NCBI GenBank assembly: GCA_041942055.1
Contig: CP145874.1
Coordinates: 300,001 to 332,000, forward strand
Direction of reading: 5' to 3'
DNA from: Candidatus Saccharimonadota bacterium
GTDB lineage: Bacteria > Pseudomonadota > Gammaproteobacteria > Enterobacterales > Enterobacteriaceae
DNA length: 32,000 nucleotides
Shown here: in pieces, positions 28,113 to 32,000 of the stretch
Numbering within the stretch: the first letter of the stretch is position 1
Layout of the letters: every line of letters starts with the position of its first letter
Program-made: the position numbers and the translations under genes
The notes under the pieces: model-generated
The model's database searches: none
Told to the model about the DNA's origin: nothing
The model's input: only the letters and a program-made list of their open reading frames with translations

Positions 28113-29960
28113 TTGAATGATATGGGTAAAAATCTCGTTCTTGGGATGATTCTAGCAATTATGATGCTATCATTTTTTCATAACTTTAGTTTTAATAATA
28201 CTAAGGCAAATAAAGTTGATTATTCTACTTTTATATCAGAAGTTGATCAAGGTAAAATTAAAGAAGCTCGTATTAATGGAAGAGAAATTTCTGTAATTAA
28301 AAAAGATGATAAAAAATATTTAACTTGGATTCCAATGACAGATCCTAAGTTACTTGATAATTTATTAACAAAAAATGTAAAAGTTTTTGGTGAACCTCCA
28401 GAAGAACCGAGTTTACTTACATCAATATTTATATCATGGTTTCCTATGTTTATATTAATTGGAATCTGGATATTCTTTATGCGCCAAATGCAAGGTGGGA
28501 GTGGCAGAGGAGCCATGTCTTTTGGTAAGAGTAAAGCCCGTATGTTAACTGAAGATGAAATTAAAACTACTTTTGCTGATGTTGCAGGATGTGATGAAGC
28601 TAAAGAAGAGGTAGAAGAATTAGTAGAATATTTACGTCAACCAAGTAAATTTCAAAAATTAGGAGGTAAAATTCCTAAAGGTATATTAATGGTAGGTCCT
28701 CCTGGAACAGGTAAAACTTTGTTAGCTAAAGCTATTGCAGGAGAAGCTAAAGTACCATTTTTTACTATCTCTGGTTCAGATTTTGTAGAAATGTTTGTGG
28801 GTGTAGGTGCGTCACGTGTACGTGATATGTTTGAACAAGCCAAGAAAAATGCTCCGTGTATCATTTTTATTGATGAAATAGATGCTGTAGGACGTCAAAG
28901 AGGTGCCGGTTTAGGTGGTGGTCATGATGAACGCGAACAGACCTTAAATCAGATGTTGGTAGAAATGGATGGTTTTGAAGGTAATGAAAACATTATTGTT
29001 ATTGCTGCAACTAATCGTCCTGATGTTCTTGATCCAGCATTATTAAGACCTGGTAGATTTGATAGGCAAGTAATAGTTGGATTACCCGATATACGAGGAC
29101 GAGAAAAAATTTTAAACGTTCATATGCGCCGGGTTCCATTAGCAACAGATATTGATGCTTTAGTAATCGCACGTAGTACTCCAGGATTTTCAGGTGCCGA
29201 TTTAGCTAATTTAGTTAATGAAGCTGCATTGTTTGCTGCTCGTAACAATCGTAAAGTAGTTTCTATGGTAGAATTTGAAAAAGCTAAAGATAAGATTTTA
29301 ATGGGTGCTGAACGTCGGTCTTTTGTAATGACTGAAGCTGAAAAGGAAGCTACTGCTTATCATGAATCGGGACATACTATTATTGGACGTCTGGTCCCTG
29401 AACATGATCCGGTACATAAAGTAACAATTATTCCGAGAGGTCGAGCACTAGGTGTAACGTTTTTTCTACCTGAAGCAGATGCAGTCAGTATAAATAAACA
29501 AAAATTAGAAAGTCAAATTTCTACCTTATATGGAGGAAGATTAGCTGAAGAAATCATTTATGGAATAGATCAGGTTTCAACAGGTGCATCTAATGATATA
29601 AAAATTGCTACTTCTTTAGCACGTAAGATGGTTACACAATGGGGATTTTCAGAAAAATTAGGTCCGCTATTATATGCGGATGAACAAGAAGAAATATTTT
29701 TAGGACGTTCAGTTGCTAAAGCTAAACATATGTCAGATGATACGGCTAGCATTATTGATCAAGAAATAAAGTCTCTAATTGATAAAAATTATCAACGTGC
29801 TCGTAAAATTTTACATGAAAATCTAGATATTTTACATGCAATGAAGGATGCATTAATGAAATATGAAACGTTGGATGCATTACAAATTGATGATTTAATG
29901 GCTAGAAAAAAAGTACGGGTACCTGCATGTTGGTTAAATGATAAGAATTCATCATCATGA
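28113..29960 (+). CDS. ftsH: ATP-dependent zinc metalloprotease FtsH
   Basis: The 615-aa ORF has the AAA+ Walker [12 protein letters not shown], Walker [10 protein letters not shown], an SRH region and the zinc motif HE(S/A)GH. It is more than 80% identical by eye to E. coli FtsH over the core. The track start at 28113 is a TTG, about 8 nt after GAAGAGG. The ATG at 28122 (MGKNLVL, compare E. coli MAKNLIL) is an equally plausible start. Confidence 0.95.
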   Translation: MNDMGKNLVLGMILAIMMLSFFHNFSFNNTKANKVDYSTFISEVDQGKIKEARINGREISVIKKDDKKYLTWIPMTDPKLLDNLLTKNVKVFGEPPEEPSLLTSIFISWFPMFILIGIWIFFMRQMQGGSGRGAMSFGKSKARMLTEDEIKTTFADVAGCDEAKEEVEELVEYLRQPSKFQKLGGKIPKGILMVGPPGTGKTLLAKAIAGEAKVPFFTISGSDFVEMFVGVGASRVRDMFEQAKKNAPCIIFIDEIDAVGRQRGAGLGGGHDEREQTLNQMLVEMDGFEGNENIIVIAATNRPDVLDPALLRPGRFDRQVIVGLPDIRGREKILNVHMRRVPLATDIDALVIARSTPGFSGADLANLVNEAALFAARNNRKVVSMVEFEKAKDKILMGAERRSFVMTEAEKEATAYHESGHTIIGRLVPEHDPVHKVTIIPRGRALGVTFFLPEADAVSINKQKLESQISTLYGGRLAEEIIYGIDQVSTGASNDIKIATSLARKMVTQWGFSEKLGPLLYADEQEEIFLGRSVAKAKHMSDDTASIIDQEIKSLIDKNYQRARKILHENLDILHAMKDALMKYETLDALQIDDLMARKKVRVPACWLNDKNSSS

Positions 29961-30068
29961 TTAATAGATTTTAAATAAATTGTAATTTTCGATATATAGT
30001 GCTATACTATTTTTATTTATTATATATCAGGCTAATTTAAACTTAAAGTAATGGAATAATAGGATTAT

Positions 30069-30359
30069 ATGCATCATATTATTTTAACTATTTTCCTTAT
30101 AGTAGCAATAATCTTGATTGGTTTAATTTTAATTCATCATGGTTATGGAATTGGAATAGGTACTACCCATTCAACTTCTAATGCATCAGTTACATTTTTT
30201 GGTTCTTATGGTTCTAAAAACTTTTTGAATCGAATTATTGCCCTATTTGCTTTGGCCTTTATAATTACTACTTTAATACTAGATAATATTGTTTACAATA
30301 GTGAAAATCAGTGGTCTAATATTAGACCTCCATCGACGAATATGAACACGCCACATTAA
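30069..30359 (+). CDS. secG: preprotein translocase subunit SecG (divergent)
   Basis: The 96-aa two-TM ORF has an (V/I)FLIVAI.L(I/V)GLI N-terminal helix and a FFGS.GS.NF(L/M).R motif like E. coli SecG. It lies immediately upstream of tRNA-Leu(GAG) (leuU), as in E. coli. Confidence 0.8.
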   Translation: MHHIILTIFLIVAIILIGLILIHHGYGIGIGTTHSTSNASVTFFGSYGSKNFLNRIIALFALAFIITTLILDNIVYNSENQWSNIRPPSTNMNTPH

Positions 30360-30411
30360 AAATCATATTTAACCTTTTTTATTCATCACCTTATTATATA
30401 TCGATAAAATT

Positions 30412-30500
30412 GCCGAGGTGGTGAAATTGGTAGACACGCTACCTTGAGGGGGTGGTGCCTATTATTAGGCTTACGGGTTCAAATCCCGTCCTCGGTACCA
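30412..30500 (+). tRNA. leuU: tRNA-Leu (anticodon GAG), class II with long variable arm, CCA encoded
   Basis: The sequence GCCGAGGTGGTGAAATTGGTAGACACGCTACCTTGAGGGGGTGGTGCCTATTATTAGGCTTACGGGTTCAAATCCCGTCCTCGGTACCA is almost identical to E. coli leuU as I recall it. The anticodon loop is TTGAGGG, and the acceptor stem GCCGAGG/CCTCGGT is complementary. Confidence 0.93.
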
Positions 30501-30518
30501 ACAATGATTTTTACATTA

Positions 30519-30546
30519 TTGATAATAGTTGAATTTTATATATAAT
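30519..30546 (+). promoter_or_regulatory. candidate sigma70 promoter for metY-nusA (TTGATA-N16-TATAAT)
   Basis: TTGATA lies at 30519-30524 and TATAAT at 30541-30546, separated by a 16-nt spacer, about 27 nt upstream of the tRNA-fMet 5' end. Such hexamers arise easily by chance in AT-rich DNA. Confidence 0.35.
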
Positions 30547-30573
30547 CCATATATATTTATTACTAGATGATGA

Positions 30574-30649
<76 letters not shown>

Positions 30650-30692
30650 TCTAAAAATATGTAGATTGAAAATCTGATAAGATATGATTGCT

Positions 30693-30719
30693 AAAAACCC
30701 CGATTGTTCGGGGTTTTTT
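30693..30719 (+). terminator. rho-independent terminator/attenuator hairpin between metY and nusA
   Basis: In AAAAACCCCG-ATTGTT-CGGGGTTTTTT, the stem CCCCG (30698-30702) pairs with CGGGG (30709-30713) and can be extended by A:T pairs. A T6 run follows. This is the only GC-rich stem plus T-tract I found in the window. Confidence 0.7.
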
Positions 30720-30842
30720 ATTATGTATAAAAAATAATTATGTCTATTCAATAATCTTTGAGCCTTAGAATGCTAATGCTAACGAAATTGCTACTAAGTT
30801 TTATTATGTTATATATTAAAATTATTGATTGAGGCAATGAAG

Positions 30843-32000
30843 ATGAATAAAGATATTTTGGCTGTAGTACAAGCAGTTTCTAATGAAAAATCCCTTCCTT
30901 GTGAAAAAGTATTTGAAGCATTAGAGAGTGCCTTAGCTACTGCAACCAAAAAAAGATATGAAGCAGATATTAATGTTCGCATCAGTATTGATCGAAATAC
31001 AGGTGATTTTAGTGTATATCGTCGATGGCTAATTGTTGAAAAAGTTATACATCCAACTTATGAAATTACAATTGAAGCTGCACAATTTGAAAATAAGATG
31101 TTAACCATAGGTGATTATATTGAAGAAAAAATCGATCCAATAATTTTTGATCGTATTACTAGTCAAATAGCAAAACAAGTTATTGTACAAAAAGTTCGTG
31201 ATGCTGAACGAAGTCTTAGAGTTGAGAAATTTTTAGATAGAAAAGGTGAAATTCTTACGGGAGTGGTAAAACAAGTTAATCGTGATCTGATTAAGATCGA
31301 TATTGGTAATAATACTGAAGCTATTATTTTATCTCAAGATATGCTACCACAAGAAAAGGTTCATTTGGGAAATCGCATTCGAGGAGTATTATACTTGATC
31401 AATCATGAACGTTCACAATTATTTCTTAGTCGTTCTAGTCCTGAAATGTTATTAGAGTTGTTTCGTCTTGAAGTTCCAGAAATCGCCGAAGAAATAATTG
31501 AAATAAAAGCTATTACACGTGATGCAGGATCACGTGCAAAAATAGCAGTAAAAACTAACGATAAAAGAATTGATCCTATAGGTGCTTGTATAGGAATGCG
31601 AGGTTCTCGTGTACAAGCTATATCTAATGAATTAGCAGGAGAACGTATTGATGTTTTATTATGGGATGAAAATCCAGTACAGTTTGTAATTAATGCAATG
31701 GCTCCTGCAGAAGTTAACACAATTGTGGTTGATGAAGATCAACATACTATGGATGTAGCAATAGATAATAATTCTTTAGCTGTAGCTATTGGAAAAAATG
31801 GCCAAAATGTCAAATTAGCATCTCAACTCAGTGGATGGCAATTAAACGTAATGAGTGTTTCAGATTTAAAAAACAAACATGAAGCAGAAGATCATGCTGC
31901 AATTGAACTATTTACTCACTATCTAAACATTGATGTAAAAATAGCTAATTTATTAGTAAAAGCAGGATTATCTTCTTTAGAAGAATTAGCTTATATTCCA
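30843..32000 (+). CDS. nusA: transcription termination/antitermination factor NusA, N-terminal 386 codons (continues past the window end)
   Basis: This gene is absent from the ORF track because there is no stop inside the window. Translation from the ATG at 30843 gives [56 protein letters not shown]..., against E. coli [44 protein letters not shown] lies 8 nt upstream. An in-frame ATG at 30837 is less likely. Confidence 0.93.
   Translation, partial: MNKDILAVVQAVSNEKSLPCEKVFEALESALATATKKRYEADINVRISIDRNTGDFSVYRRWLIVEKVIHPTYEITIEAAQFENKMLTIGDYIEEKIDPIIFDRITSQIAKQVIVQKVRDAERSLRVEKFLDRKGEILTGVVKQVNRDLIKIDIGNNTEAIILSQDMLPQEKVHLGNRIRGVLYLINHERSQLFLSRSSPEMLLELFRLEVPEIAEEIIEIKAITRDAGSRAKIAVKTNDKRIDPIGACIGMRGSRVQAISNELAGERIDVLLWDENPVQFVINAMAPAEVNTIVVDEDQHTMDVAIDNNSLAVAIGKNGQNVKLASQLSGWQLNVMSVSDLKNKHEAEDHAAIELFTHYLNIDVKIANLLVKAGLSSLEELAYIP

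Noticed and set aside
28247-29752. Three minus-strand ORFs (28247..28516, 28652..28864 and 29570..29752) inside ftsH.
   Set aside because: They are antisense to the extremely conserved ftsH gene. The Gly/Pro-rich translations mirror the AAA+ motifs on the opposite strand.
30740-30754. A mini-ORF ATG TCT ATT CAA TAA (MSIQ*), considered as a remnant of the rimP start (E. coli RimP begins MSTLEQ).
   Set aside because: Four codons are far too few to establish homology. It is mentioned only in connection with the rimP loss.
31403-31720. A 105-aa minus-strand ORF.
   Set aside because: It is antisense to nusA, whose plus-strand frame is open from 30843 to the window end and matches E. coli NusA.

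Overview
This window is AT-rich (about 25-30% GC by eye, not computed) and very gene-dense. It holds 32 protein-coding genes (two truncated by the window edges) and 2 tRNA genes, all core housekeeping: pyrimidine and purine metabolism, translation factors, type II fatty-acid synthesis, replication clamp loader, chaperone and protease, RNase E, and the start of the nusA operon. Gene order is collinear with several E. coli K-12 map blocks (recalled from memory: b1203-b1212, b1069-b1133, b0470-b0526, b3169-b3181). Many genes have been cleanly excised, leaving spacers of 4 to about 200 bp. This pattern fits an old, reduced-genome insect endosymbiont derived from Enterobacterales. The whole flg flagellar cluster is absent between rne and murJ, which looks more Blochmannia-like than Buchnera- or Wigglesworthia-like, but identity cannot be settled without a database search. 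I find no mobile element, CRISPR array, defence island, multi-copy repeat or unexplained multi-gene cassette, so I do not claim a novel system. The points most worth a second look are: (1) an 11-nt poly(A) tract at the domain III/IV boundary of dnaX, with stops close by in both alternative frames, which may yield a gamma-like product by slippage; (2) other long poly(A) tracts, up to A13, inside intact essential genes such as cysS, mnmA, tmk and rluC; (3) an RNase E cut down to the catalytic half plus a C-terminal amphipathic helix resembling the E. coli membrane-targeting segment; (4) an initiator tRNA gene that does not encode its terminal A76; (5) pyrB without pyrI or the pyrL leader; (6) several informative deletion junctions. 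All antisense or alternative-frame ORFs in the supplied track look spurious.
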